DNA of 64,000 nucleotides from Planctomycetota bacterium (lineage in GTDB: Bacteria; Planctomycetota; MHYJ01; WSZJ01), in the NCBI GenBank assembly GCA_038060895.1, contig JBBTCT010000007.1, positions 68,023 through 132,022 on the forward strand. Direction: 5' to 3'. The notes beneath the pieces are model-generated. The model was not told the DNA's origin. It saw only the letters and a program-made list of their open reading frames with translations, and ran no database searches. Below are positions 38,113 to 48,106 of this stretch, one piece after another; the first letter of the stretch is position 1, and every line of letters starts with the position of its first letter. A program made the translations under genes and the position numbers.

Positions 38113-41100
38113 ATGCGCCCGATCGCAACGCTCGCCCTCCTCACTCTCGCTCTTCAAGCGACGGCCCAGACCCAGGGCCTGTTCCGCTTCCCTTCCACTC
38201 ACGGCGATCGCGTCGTCTTCTCGTGCGAGGGGGATCTCTGGGAAGCGCCCCTTGCCGGGGGCGAAGCGCGGAGGCTGACGAGCGCGCCGGGGAAGGAGCA
38301 GCACGCGACGTACTCCGCGGACGGAAAGTGGATCGCATTCACGGCGGACTACGACGGGAGCTCCGACGTCTACGTGATGCCGGCGCGCGGCGGCGAGCCT
38401 CGCCGGCTGACGTGGAGCCCGGACGCGGAGCGCGTCATAGGGTGGGATCACGAAGGTCGCGTCCTGTTCCGCTCGCGCGGCGAGCTGCCGTTCGGGATGT
38501 GGACCGCGTGGCGGGTCGCCCCCGCCGGCGGGGATCCCGTGAAAATCCCGCTTGGCGAGGCCATCCAGGTTTCGTTCGCGGCGGACGGGCGGTGCGCGTT
38601 CGTGATGTGGATGTGGGAGAATCAGCACTGGAAGCGCTACTCCGGCGGGCTCGCTTCGGACATCTGGGTCGGCGACCTCGAAAATAAAACATACACGCGT
38701 CTGACCGACTGGAAGGGGAACGACGCCTACCCAATGTGGCAGGGTGACCGCATCTACTACCTGACGGACCGCGACGGCGTGCAGAACATCTGGTCCTCGA
38801 AGCCGGACGGCGCCGACCGGAAGCCGCACACGAAACATGCAGGCTACGACGTCCGGTTTCCGACCCTTGGCGACGGGAAAATCGCCTACCAGCTCGGCGG
38901 AGACATCCGTGTCTTCGACTGCGCCTCCGGCGAAGACCGCGCCGTGGACGTCAGGCTTCCTTCCGACCGCCTCCAGGCGCGCGCCCGGCTCGCGGAGCCT
39001 GCCTCGAACATCGGGCGCATCGGCCTCTCGCCCGACGGAACGCGGCTCGTCGCCGCGGCGCGCGGCGAGATCTTCTCGATCCCCTTCAAGGAGGGACGAC
39101 TCGTCAACCTCACCGGCACGCCGGGCATCCGCGAGCGCGCCGCCACCTGGTCGCCGGACGGCAAGCGCGTCGCGTGCCTGTCCGACGCGACGGGGGAATA
39201 CGAAATCTGGCTGCTGGACCCGACACAGGAAAAGCCCGCGGCGCAGCTCACGAAAAACGGAAAGGGCTGGAAGCTGCCGCCCGTGTGGTCGCCGGACTCC
39301 ACGCAGCTGGCCTGGGCGGACATGGAAGGGCGGCTCTGGCGCGTGGACGTTGCAACGGGCGCGTCGAAACAGATCGACGCGTGCGGAACCTGGGAGATCT
39401 CTGCTTACTCCTGGTCCCCCGATTCGCGCTTCCTCGCCTACGACTTCCCTTCCGATACGTGGAATTCGGTGATCAAGATTCACGACACGAAGGAGGGCCG
39501 CACGGAAGCCGTGACCGACGCGCGCTGGAACTCGACCAGTCCTTCCTGGGACCCGGAGGGAAAGTTCCTCGCGTTCCTTTCCGCGCGCACCATCAATCCG
39601 AAATCCGGGGACTACACCTTTGAGTACAACTTCGGGATCGACGAAACCGTGAAGCCGTACCTGCTGCGCCTCACGGCCGGCGCGCGCGCGCCGTTCGAGC
39701 CCAGGGAACGCGGCCTGGTGACCGAAACGAAGGAGGAGAATGACGACGACGAAGACGACGGCAAGAAGAAGAAAAAGAAGAAGAGCGACGACAAACCCGA
39801 GCCGCCCGCGGCCGTCGTCATGGAGTGGGACGGACTCCTGGAGCGCTGCGTCGTAGCCCCGGTCCCCGCGGGAATCTGCCGCGACCTCGTTTTCGCGAAG
39901 GGCCGGCTCTTCTGGATCGCGTCGCGCAACAAGGGATGGGCCTCGGGCGACGAAGAAGAAGCCACTTCGCTGGTCGTTCTCGAACTCGAGTCAAAGAAGA
40001 AAATCGTCCTCGCGAAGGGCGCGACGGAATTTTCGCTCTCCGGCAACGGCGAGCGGGCCGTCGTCCGGGTCGCCGACGCTTTCACGCGCATCGACCGCGG
40101 CGCCGATTCGCTGCCGGCCGGTCCCGACACGACGTTCCGCACGGCGGGCTGGACGGTGCCGATTGACCCGGCGCAGGAATGGCGCCAGATCTGGAACGAA
40201 GTCTGGCGGCTGGAAAGGGATTTCTTCTACGACCCGCAGCATCACCGGGTGGACTGGGAAGCCGCGCGGAAGAAGTACGAACCGCTGCTCCCGCGCGTGT
40301 CGAGTCGCGAGGAACTGAACGACCTCGTCGGCGAAATGCTCGCGGAACTTTCAAATTCCCACGCCTACATTTCAGGCGGGGACGATCGCTCGGTCAAGCC
40401 GGTGCGCGTCGGCTCACTGGGCGCGAAGTTCGCGCCGGACGCGGCGGCAGGTCGCTACCGCGTGACCCGGATTTTCCGTGGCGACGTCTTCGACCCGAAG
40501 CGCACTTCGCCGCTCCTCGCAGCGGGGGTGAAAGAAGGCGAGTACCTGTTTGCCATCGACGGCACACCGGTGAAGGCGGGCGAAGGCTGGCAGCGCCTGC
40601 TCGTCGACAAACCCGAGAAGCCCGTGCTGCTGCGCTTCGGAACGAAGCCCGACGGATCGGACGCGCGGGACGTCTATGTCGTCGCGCTCGGCGGCGACGG
40701 TGCGCTCGTGTACGCGGACTGGGTCGAAGGAAACCGGCGCTACGTCGAAGAGAAGTCCGGCGGCAAGGTCGGCTACCTCCACGTTCCGGACATGGGAGGC
40801 CGCGGGCTCGTCGAGTTCGGGCGGCAGTTCCCGTGGCAGTCGCAGAAGGACGCGCTGGTCGTGGATGTCCGGTGGAATTCCGGCGGCAACACCCACGGCA
40901 TGATCCTCGAGCGTCTCCGCCGTTCCACGACGCACTTTGACAAACCGCGGCACTTCCGTCCCGAGCCGGTCTACTGGAGATCGGTGCGCGGCCACCTCGT
41001 CGCGCTCATGAACCACAACACTGCTTCCGACGGGGAGAATTTCATCCACGCCTGGCAGCACGACAACCTCGGCCCCGTGATCGGGACGCGCTCGTGGGGA

Positions 41101-41367
41101 GGCCTGGTCGGATACCGCGGCGACAAGGACCTCGTGGACGGTGGATTCAACGCGCAGCCCGAGTTCGCGCACTTCGGGTGGGACGGGAAATGGGTCGTGG
41201 AAGGCGACGGCGCGATCCCGGGAATTGACGTGACCAATGATCCCGGGGCACTGGCGGCGGGGCGCGACCCGCAACTCGACCGGGGAATCGAGGAAGCCCT
41301 GTCCCGGATCGCAAAGGAACCCAGGACGCCGCCGATCGCCCCTGAACCGCCCGACCGGTCGAAATAA
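38113..41367 (+). CDS. tricorn-type S41 protease
   Basis: CAGGAG RBS, signal peptide, PD40 beta-propeller repeats, FFYDP, SHAY, GYLHVPDM, DVRWNSGG, TASDGE, IGTRSWGG. Confidence 0.95.
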   Translation: MRPIATLALLTLALQATAQTQGLFRFPSTHGDRVVFSCEGDLWEAPLAGGEARRLTSAPGKEQHATYSADGKWIAFTADYDGSSDVYVMPARGGEPRRLTWSPDAERVIGWDHEGRVLFRSRGELPFGMWTAWRVAPAGGDPVKIPLGEAIQVSFAADGRCAFVMWMWENQHWKRYSGGLASDIWVGDLENKTYTRLTDWKGNDAYPMWQGDRIYYLTDRDGVQNIWSSKPDGADRKPHTKHAGYDVRFPTLGDGKIAYQLGGDIRVFDCASGEDRAVDVRLPSDRLQARARLAEPASNIGRIGLSPDGTRLVAAARGEIFSIPFKEGRLVNLTGTPGIRERAATWSPDGKRVACLSDATGEYEIWLLDPTQEKPAAQLTKNGKGWKLPPVWSPDSTQLAWADMEGRLWRVDVATGASKQIDACGTWEISAYSWSPDSRFLAYDFPSDTWNSVIKIHDTKEGRTEAVTDARWNSTSPSWDPEGKFLAFLSARTINPKSGDYTFEYNFGIDETVKPYLLRLTAGARAPFEPRERGLVTETKEENDDDEDDGKKKKKKKSDDKPEPPAAVVMEWDGLLERCVVAPVPAGICRDLVFAKGRLFWIASRNKGWASGDEEEATSLVVLELESKKKIVLAKGATEFSLSGNGERAVVRVADAFTRIDRGADSLPAGPDTTFRTAGWTVPIDPAQEWRQIWNEVWRLERDFFYDPQHHRVDWEAARKKYEPLLPRVSSREELNDLVGEMLAELSNSHAYISGGDDRSVKPVRVGSLGAKFAPDAAAGRYRVTRIFRGDVFDPKRTSPLLAAGVKEGEYLFAIDGTPVKAGEGWQRLLVDKPEKPVLLRFGTKPDGSDARDVYVVALGGDGALVYADWVEGNRRYVEEKSGGKVGYLHVPDMGGRGLVEFGRQFPWQSQKDALVVDVRWNSGGNTHGMILERLRRSTTHFDKPRHFRPEPVYWRSVRGHLVALMNHNTASDGENFIHAWQHDNLGPVIGTRSWGGLVGYRGDKDLVDGGFNAQPEFAHFGWDGKWVVEGDGAIPGIDVTNDPGALAAGRDPQLDRGIEEALSRIAKEPRTPPIAPEPPDRSK

Positions 41368-41398
41368 AAACGGGGCCGGGAAAATTTCCCGGCCCCGT
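41365..41398. terminator. terminator between convergent genes
   Basis: ACGGGGCCGGGAAA / TTTCCCGGCCCCGT stem with a preceding A-tract. Confidence 0.75.
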
Positions 41399-41415
41399 GA
41401 AGTAAGTCCTGGGGA

Positions 41416-42432
41416 CTACTTCGGCTCTTCCGGCGGCGCTTCCGGCGGCTTCTCGCCCGGTGTGAATTTCTGCTTCGTGATGAAGTCGTACCCGATGTCG
41501 ATCACGTCCTCGTCGATCTTCCAGCCGTACGTCGTGCGGATGAATTTCTCCCGGATGATCAGCGCGATTTTCGAGGCTTCGTCCATGTCGCCCTGCAGGT
41601 AGTAGGACCACGCCTGGAGGTACATGCAGGTCCCGCGCGGCTCCAGGGCGAACTCCGGCAGGTTGTCGAACAACTTCTGCGCGCCCTCGATCGTCTCCTT
41701 GTACTTCTTGTCCTTGAAATCGCACCAGACGAGCCCGAGCTCGGAGTTCATCCGGCACTTCATTTCCCTCGAGGTCTGGCCGATCGTGTAGGCCTTCCGA
41801 GCGTCCGCGATGTCGCCGGTGCGCAAGCACGCTTCGCCGTAGATGTACTGCAGCTGCGTGTCAGCCTTGCCCCCATCCTCTGCGAGCTTCTTCTCAAGAC
41901 CCTTGCGGTGATTACCGTCCATGACCGCCTGGAGGACCGGCAGCAATTCCAGATAGGTGCAACGCCCCACGTAGGAATCCACCAGGTCGCCGTTGTCGGG
42001 GTCCACGAAAAGAACCGCCGGCGCCTGCTTGACCCCCGCATCCGCGAGGTGCTTTGCGCCCGCCACCTGCGCTTCCGCCATGGTTCCCTTCCAGCACCCG
42101 AACTGCTCGTTCAGGATGCGGAACGTATCCGCCTGCTCGAAGAACTTGCTCAGGAGTCTTGAAGTGTGAGGAGCATCGACGCCGTTCTTGCCGGTCTCCA
42201 TCACGAACATGATTGCGTAGCCGCTCTTCTTGGCTGCGATGTCGCGGGCGCCCTGCCAGGTCTTCGACCACTCGGTCGAAGAGACGATTGGAGGCGGGCC
42301 GGGCGGCTCCGCGGGATCTTTGGGATCCCCTTCCTTAGGCGGATCAGCCGGCGGGTCCGCCGGAGGCGTTCCCTGGGCGAAAACTGCGCCGGCCAGGAGG
42401 CCGGAAAGCACGAACGAGGCGATGGATTTCAC
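41416..42432 (-). CDS. secreted thioredoxin-like fold + TPR protein
   Basis: GTG start, signal peptide, Pro-rich linker, W..A...A..K and GVKQAPAVLFVDP (no CxxC), TPR-like helices. Confidence 0.7.
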   Translation of the reverse strand: MKSIASFVLSGLLAGAVFAQGTPPADPPADPPKEGDPKDPAEPPGPPPIVSSTEWSKTWQGARDIAAKKSGYAIMFVMETGKNGVDAPHTSRLLSKFFEQADTFRILNEQFGCWKGTMAEAQVAGAKHLADAGVKQAPAVLFVDPDNGDLVDSYVGRCTYLELLPVLQAVMDGNHRKGLEKKLAEDGGKADTQLQYIYGEACLRTGDIADARKAYTIGQTSREMKCRMNSELGLVWCDFKDKKYKETIEGAQKLFDNLPEFALEPRGTCMYLQAWSYYLQGDMDEASKIALIIREKFIRTTYGWKIDEDVIDIGYDFITKQKFTPGEKPPEAPPEEPK

Positions 42433-42659
42433 GGCTTTCAGCTCCGAAAAGTGGGGTCCCCTGCGCGACAGCGATGGGTAGTCTAGCAAGTGATACGGGC
42501 CGCTTCGACAAACATTAAGAAAATTTACTTTGGCACGCAACAGCTGCAATCCGACCTTCGGCAACGGTCCGGCCCCCGCGGATTCTTGTTTCCCGCCGGC
42601 GCGGCAAGCCGAAATTTCTTCGAAGTGCCCCCACTCCACCCTATCCTACCCCTCCCCCC

Positions 42660-43106
42660 ATGCCCCCCTCACGCGCCCCCAACGGGGTCTACCGGAAGAA
42701 CATCCCCATCCGCTTCGCCGACGTCGACTTCGCCCGCATCCTCTACTTCCCCCGCCAGTTCCATTTCCTTCACATCACCATGGAAGACTTCTTCCGCGAA
42801 GTCCTCGACATCCCGTACGCCGTCATGCTGAAAATCGACCGCATCGGCTTCCCGACCGTCCACCTCGACGCCGACTTCCTGGCTCCGCAGGAATTCGGCG
42901 ACGAGGTCGAAGTCGCCATGCGCGTTGTTGAAATCGGGAAGAGCAAAGTTGTGTTTGGCTACGAGGTCCTGAATAAGGGCGCCGTCGCCGCACGCTGCAC
43001 CCAGACGACCGTGGCGGTCGATCCCGAAAAGTGGAAGAGCATCGAGCTGCCGGCAAAGTACCGGGCGGCTCTTGAACAAGTGAAAGCCCTCGCGGGCGGA
43101 GGCTAA
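42660..43106 (+). CDS. acyl-CoA thioesterase (4-hydroxybenzoyl-CoA thioesterase family)
   Basis: IRFADVDFARILYFP, PTVHLDADFLAP..FGD, IGKS. Confidence 0.9.
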   Translation: MPPSRAPNGVYRKNIPIRFADVDFARILYFPRQFHFLHITMEDFFREVLDIPYAVMLKIDRIGFPTVHLDADFLAPQEFGDEVEVAMRVVEIGKSKVVFGYEVLNKGAVAARCTQTTVAVDPEKWKSIELPAKYRAALEQVKALAGGG

Positions 43107-43108
43107 AC

Positions 43109-43711
43109 GTGGCACGACAGGTGGTTGAGATCCGGGAAGAAGTCCTGACGTTCGACACGGCGGACCAGGAGAAGTGGGTCGGCGGCGACAAGTGGCTCGT
43201 GCCCGAGGAATTCCGGGACGACCCGAAATTCGCGAAGTCGTCGAGGTCGTACTTCCTCGAGATGACGGCGGTGCACCACTACAGATGCGGCGGGTGGCAG
43301 AGCCTCTCGGCCCTGTGGTTCGAGCTGTGGACGAAGTCGGCGAACCGCAAGCCGTGGGTCGAGCGGGGATCCGCCGCGATGGAAGCGTTCATCGGTCCGG
43401 AGCTGGAAGGGTTCCGCAAGAGCATGGGCCCCAACGTGGAGAAGTTCGCGAAGGCGCCGGACCTGGTGATCTGGAAGGAAACACCGAGGAAACTGCTTTT
43501 CCTTTCAATCAAACAGAAGAACGAGACGGTGTCTCCGAACGAGTTCGCGGGCCTGGCGCTGATCAAGGCGCACCTGGGAGCGGACGCGAGGATCATCCGG
43601 TTCTGCGAGCTCGGGGATTTCCGGGATCCGCGGAAGTGGAGGATCGTGTGTCCGTCGCTGCCGGTGAATGCGGGGTTTGACCGGCATGACGTACAGAAGG
43701 TCGAGGAGTAG
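43109..43711 (+). CDS. hypothetical protein, degenerate VRR-NUC/PD-(D/E)xK-like
   Basis: APDLVIW...LLFLSIKQKNETVSPNE resembles PDL...FVEVK..D.LS..Q. Confidence 0.6.
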   Translation: MARQVVEIREEVLTFDTADQEKWVGGDKWLVPEEFRDDPKFAKSSRSYFLEMTAVHHYRCGGWQSLSALWFELWTKSANRKPWVERGSAAMEAFIGPELEGFRKSMGPNVEKFAKAPDLVIWKETPRKLLFLSIKQKNETVSPNEFAGLALIKAHLGADARIIRFCELGDFRDPRKWRIVCPSLPVNAGFDRHDVQKVEE

Positions 43712-43727
43712 AAGACAAGGGCGAAGG

Positions 43728-43796
43728 ATAAATCCCAACCCCAACCCCGACTCCAAATCCCGAGATGACTTTTGGGAGTTGGAGTTGGGATTTGTC
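43728..43796. repeat. palindromic hexamer-repeat element (copy 2)
   Basis: (CCCAAC)n left arm and (GTTGGR)n right arm form an imperfect hairpin. Confidence 0.65.
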
Positions 43797-43838
43797 GTGG
43801 ACGTTTTCCACCGCAGGAGGAACGGGAGCCCCTTTCAA

Positions 43839-45383
43839 ATGCTCGATCCCATCCCGGACCAGTTCAACCTCGCCGATTACTTCCTCGACCACAACATCCG
43901 CGACGGACGTGGAGACAAGGTCGCGGTGTATTACCGCGACGAGAAGTGGACCTACGCGCAGATCCAGGAGGGGGCCTGCCGCGCCGCTGGGGCGTTCCGC
44001 TCGCTCGGGGTGAGGCAGGAAGACCGCGTCCTGCTGATCCTCCCGGACTGCCCGGCGTTCGTCACGGCGCTGTTCGGCGTCCACAAGGCGGGCGCCGTCC
44101 TCGCGATGGTCAACCCACTCCTTCCCATCGAGGACTTCGTCTACTACTTCAACTACACGCGCGCCGTCACCGCGGTCGTCCACCACTCGCTGGTCGAAGG
44201 GCTCACGAAGCTTCGCCCCCAGTTGAAGTACGTGAAGAACCTCCTCGTCGCGGGCGGCGACCCCGGGCCCTTCCTCTCCTACGAACAGACCTGCGTCCTG
44301 CAGCCGGCCCGGTGCGAGAACGCGCCGACCCACAAGGACGACCCCGCGGTGTGGCTCTTCACGAGCGGCTCCACCGGGAAGCCGAAGGCATGCGTCCACC
44401 TCCAGCACGATTTCGCGTGGAACACGGAACGCTACGCGAAGCAGATCCTCGGGATGCGCGAGACCGACCGGACCCTCGGCGTGCCGAAGCTGTTCTTCGG
44501 CTACGCGACCGGGACGAATCTCTGGTTTCCGTTCTCGGTCGGCGGATCGACGGTGCTCTTCGAGGAACGCGCTTCGCCCGAGGTTTTGTTTTCGCTCATC
44601 GCGAAACACCGCCCCACCGTCCTTACCAACGTCCCCACCACGATCAACAAGATGCTCGAGGATCCCGCCGGCAAGGACGCCGACCTCTCCTGCCTGCGCA
44701 TCACTGTTTCGGCGGGCGAGGCCCTCCCGCCTGAGCTCTACGACCGCTGGCTGAAACGCTTCAAGGTGGACATCCTCGACGGCATCGGCAGCGCGGAGAT
44801 GTTCCACATCTACATCTCGGGCCGGATCGGCGGCGTCCGGCCCGGAAGCCTCGGCCAGCTCGTCCCCGGCTACGACGCCAAGGTCTGCGGCCCCGGCGGC
44901 AGCGCCCTCCCCGACGGCGAAATCGGCACTCTCTGGATCCATGGCGACAGCGCGATGACCGGCTTTTTCCAGGACGACGAAAAGTCCCGCGCGCTCCTTC
45001 ACGGCAACTGGTACTGCACCGGCGACCAGTTCCGCCGCGACAAGGACGGCTACTTCTGGTACGAGGGCCGGGCCGACGACATGCTGAAAATCGGCGGCAT
45101 CTGGGTGAGCCCGCTCGAGGTCGAAAACTGCCTGCTCGCGCACCCGGCGGTGAAGGAGTGCTGCGTGGTCGGGTGCAAGGACGAAGCGGGGCTCGTGCTG
45201 CCGAAGGCGTTCGTGGTGCCGAAGGAGGGGCAGAAGAAGGACGAGCCCCTGAAGACGGCGCTCATCGAGCACGTGAAGGCGAAGCTGGCGAGATACAAAG
45301 CGCCGCGGTTCGTGGAGTGGATGGACTCGCTGCCGCGGAACGACCGCGGGAAGGTCGAGAGGAAGAAGCTGGCGGGCGGATGA
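43839..45383 (+). CDS. benzoate-CoA ligase family protein
   Basis: FTSGSTGKPK, PKLFFGYATG, SAGEALP, DGIGSAEMFHIYIS, TGD, GRADDMLK. Confidence 0.93.
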   Translation: MLDPIPDQFNLADYFLDHNIRDGRGDKVAVYYRDEKWTYAQIQEGACRAAGAFRSLGVRQEDRVLLILPDCPAFVTALFGVHKAGAVLAMVNPLLPIEDFVYYFNYTRAVTAVVHHSLVEGLTKLRPQLKYVKNLLVAGGDPGPFLSYEQTCVLQPARCENAPTHKDDPAVWLFTSGSTGKPKACVHLQHDFAWNTERYAKQILGMRETDRTLGVPKLFFGYATGTNLWFPFSVGGSTVLFEERASPEVLFSLIAKHRPTVLTNVPTTINKMLEDPAGKDADLSCLRITVSAGEALPPELYDRWLKRFKVDILDGIGSAEMFHIYISGRIGGVRPGSLGQLVPGYDAKVCGPGGSALPDGEIGTLWIHGDSAMTGFFQDDEKSRALLHGNWYCTGDQFRRDKDGYFWYEGRADDMLKIGGIWVSPLEVENCLLAHPAVKECCVVGCKDEAGLVLPKAFVVPKEGQKKDEPLKTALIEHVKAKLARYKAPRFVEWMDSLPRNDRGKVERKKLAGG

Positions 45384-45384
45384 G

Positions 45385-45620
45385 TTAAGCGGGGTCCGAA
45401 GCGAATCGAAGGACTTCCAGGACCTGCGCGGGATCACATCCGTAGATTCCTGAACCCCAGGCGGCGTTGACTTCAGTGGCCGCCCAGCCTCGACCGCGGA
45501 TGACGCCGACGTCCAGGGCGACCGCGCGTGGCAAATCGACGCGAGAGTCCGCGAGGATGCTTGAGACGAACGAGCGGACTTCGGCCGCTTCCGGATCCGG
45601 GCATCGACCGTAAATCTTGG
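45385..45620 (-). pseudogene. C-terminal remnant of an ATP-grasp (DUF4343-like) gene
   Basis: LPRAVALDVGVIRGRGWAATEVNAAWGSGIYGCDP with no plausible N-terminus. Confidence 0.6.
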
Positions 45621-45643
45621 AGTGAGAATGAGCGTGGGCGTGG

Positions 45644-45892
45644 ATGAAGACTATCGGTTCCTGGGCCGATTGGTTCCCCGAATTCGTGGTTACAATTACC
45701 CGGGTGAAGCGCCCCAACTCCACCCGGACAATCCAGACATCCGAGAGAATCGCTCTCTCCGACCTGGAACCGGGCTGGGAAAAGTGGGTCGCTCTTTCTC
45801 CCGGCGAGCGTCTCAAGCGGTCACGGCTCATGCGACGTCGGCTGATAAATCCACGAGCGGCCCACGATGACAGATCTCTTCCGAAGCTTTGA
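45644..45892 (+). CDS. small hypothetical protein
   Basis: 82 aa; W..LSPGERL motif; overlaps a nucleotidyltransferase-like fragment. Confidence 0.4.
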   Translation: MKTIGSWADWFPEFVVTITRVKRPNSTRTIQTSERIALSDLEPGWEKWVALSPGERLKRSRLMRRRLINPRAAHDDRSLPKL

Positions 45893-45960
45893 CCGCGAGC
45901 GGGTCTCGTATCTGCTGATCGGTGGACAGGCATCGGTGGCCTACGGAGCGGCATACTCCC
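45867..45960 (+). pseudogene. N-terminal fragment of a nucleotidyltransferase-like gene
   Basis: MTDLFRSFDRERVSYLLIGGQASVAYG; similarity ends abruptly where the GNAT gene begins. Confidence 0.5.
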
Positions 45961-46473
45961 TTGACGATCCTCGAAACGTCGCGTCTCGCGCTTCGAGCCC
46001 TCACCCTCGACGACACGGATGCGCTGCACGCGGTCCTCGGCGACCCGGTCGCGATGGCGCACTACCCGAAGCCCTTCACGCGCCAGATGACGATCGAGTG
46101 GATTGAATGGAGCCTGCGCAACTACGCGAAACACGGGTTCGGCCTGTGGGCGGTGACGCTGAAGGACAGCGAGAGGCTGATCGGGGACTGCGGGATCACG
46201 ATGCAGCAGGTCGATGGGGTGCCGCGGGAGGAAATCGGGTATCACATCCTGAGGGAATTGTGGGGGCAGGGGTACGCGACGGAAGCGGCGGCCGGAGTGA
46301 GAGACTACGGCTTCGGTCGACTTAAACTGACGCAACTCATTTCGTGGATGACAGTTGCGAACACGGCTTCCCGTCGCGTCGCGGAGAAGATCGGGATGAA
46401 ACTGGAGAAACAGACCGTCAACAAGTACGGCAACGCCCAGGTCGTCTACAGCCTCGGGGCACCCTCCGCCTAA
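45961..46473 (+). CDS. GNAT acetyltransferase (RimJ/RimL family)
   Basis: ILETSRLALR, GFGLWAV, LIGDCGI, EIGY..WGQGYATEAA, NTASRRVAEKIGM; start uncertain. Confidence 0.9.
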   Translation: MTILETSRLALRALTLDDTDALHAVLGDPVAMAHYPKPFTRQMTIEWIEWSLRNYAKHGFGLWAVTLKDSERLIGDCGITMQQVDGVPREEIGYHILRELWGQGYATEAAAGVRDYGFGRLKLTQLISWMTVANTASRRVAEKIGMKLEKQTVNKYGNAQVVYSLGAPSA

Positions 46474-46517
46474 GCAAAACTATTGCATTCAGCCACCCTC
46501 CCGTACAATTTCACCTA

Positions 46518-47258
46518 ATGTCCCTTTCGCTGACTGACCTGACGTGGCGGGAAGCCGACGACCTCTTCCATAAGAAGCCCCTCGCCCTCCTCCCCATCGG
46601 GGCGGTGGAAGCGCACGGGCCGCATCTTCCGCTCTACACAGACGTGCTCCTTTCGATGGAGCTGTGCGACAGGCTGGCGAAAGCGATATCCCCGAAGCCG
46701 GTTGTGATCCTGCCGCCGGTCAATTACGCCGTGACGAACTACGCGGCGGAATTCGCGGGAACGATTTCGCTGTCGCCGAACACGGCCAAGGAACTGCTCT
46801 CCGACATCTTCCGGTCGCTCGGGCGGCATGGGATCGAGTTCGTCGCTTTGATCAACTCACACCTCGAGCCGGCCCACATCAACGTCCTGGAAGAAGTCGC
46901 GCAGGACTTCCTCGAGCGCCCGCACGTCATCTTCACCAACCATTGCCGCAAGCCGCTCGCCCAGAGGCTGAGCCCCGAATTCCAGAGCGGAGACTGCCAC
47001 GCCGGGAGTTACGAAACGTCGCTGCTGCTGGCCAGCAAGTCGCGCGACCTCGTCAAGAAGGACAAGATGAAGACGCTTCCCCCCATCAAGCTCGGGCTCG
47101 TGAAGCAGATGAAGCAGGGCGTCGCGACCTTCGGGGCGATGGGCGCGAACGACGCGTATTTCGGCGAGCCTGCCGTGTCGTCCCCGGAACACGGCGAGAT
47201 CCTCTGGCAGACGCTCGTAGAGATCTGGCAGGAAGCGATCAAGTCGGAAATGGGTTAG
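46518..47258 (+). CDS. creatininase family amidohydrolase
   Basis: PIGAVEAHGPHLPLYTD, GTISL, NSH, HAGSYETS. Confidence 0.92.
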   Translation: MSLSLTDLTWREADDLFHKKPLALLPIGAVEAHGPHLPLYTDVLLSMELCDRLAKAISPKPVVILPPVNYAVTNYAAEFAGTISLSPNTAKELLSDIFRSLGRHGIEFVALINSHLEPAHINVLEEVAQDFLERPHVIFTNHCRKPLAQRLSPEFQSGDCHAGSYETSLLLASKSRDLVKKDKMKTLPPIKLGLVKQMKQGVATFGAMGANDAYFGEPAVSSPEHGEILWQTLVEIWQEAIKSEMG

Positions 47259-47277
47259 CGACCGCTCCGGCGCTTCT

Positions 47278-48063
47278 ATGGCTGCCACCACGCTCAACGG
47301 CGAAGTTGCCCTGGTGACAGGAGCCGGCCGCGGCATCGGTCGCGCGGTCGCACTGCGGCTCGCGGCAGCGGGAGCCAAGGTCGGACTCATGGCTCGCTCG
47401 ACCTCGGAAATCGGCGAGGTCGCGGCGGAGGTCCGGGCGGCCGGAGGTGAAGCGTTCGAAGTTCCCGGAGACGTACTCGTCGCCGAGGACGTGGCGCGCG
47501 TGGTCGCCGAGATCGCTTCGCATGCCGGCGGCCTCACGATCGTCGTGAACAATGCCGGAACCGGAAAGAGCGCGCCTTTTGCGAAGACGTCGCGGGCGCT
47601 GTGGGACGAGATGATCGCTCTGGACCTCACCAGCGCGTTTACCGTCACCCAGACCGCCCTCCCCCACCTCCTCGCGGCAGGCCACGGGAGGATCGTCAAC
47701 GTCGCTTCCGCCGCAGGCCTCAAGGGCTACCCGTACATCGTCGCGTATTGCGCGGCGAAGCACGGTCTCGTCGGATTCACGCGCTCGCTCGCCGTCGAGC
47801 TCGCCGGCAAACGGATCACGGTGAACGCCGTCTGCCCCGGCTACGTGGACAGCGCGATGACCAGCATCAACATCGAGATCATGAGCCAGAAGACGAAGCG
47901 GCCCGCGGACAAGATCCGGAGCGAAATCGAGGCCATGTCGCCGCAGCACAGGCTTTTCTCCCCCGAAGAAGTCGCGGAGACCGTGGCGCACCTGTGCTCG
48001 CCGGGAGCGAAAGGAATCACGGGGCAGGCCATCGCCATCTGCGGCGGCGAGCTCGCATGCTGA
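47278..48063 (+). CDS. SDR family oxidoreductase (3-hydroxyacyl-CoA dehydrogenase-like)
   Basis: TGAGRGIG, NNAG, YCAAKHG, NAVCPG. Confidence 0.93.
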   Translation: MAATTLNGEVALVTGAGRGIGRAVALRLAAAGAKVGLMARSTSEIGEVAAEVRAAGGEAFEVPGDVLVAEDVARVVAEIASHAGGLTIVVNNAGTGKSAPFAKTSRALWDEMIALDLTSAFTVTQTALPHLLAAGHGRIVNVASAAGLKGYPYIVAYCAAKHGLVGFTRSLAVELAGKRITVNAVCPGYVDSAMTSINIEIMSQKTKRPADKIRSEIEAMSPQHRLFSPEEVAETVAHLCSPGAKGITGQAIAICGGELAC

Positions 48064-48106
48064 GCTGGCGCTAGCCGCAGCGGCGCGCCAGGGCTACGCT
48101 TTGCGC

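Noticed and set aside
39721-39810. Asp/Lys low-complexity tract in the tricorn protease
   Set aside because: Charged linkers at this position are common in tricorn homologs, and the reading frame is intact.
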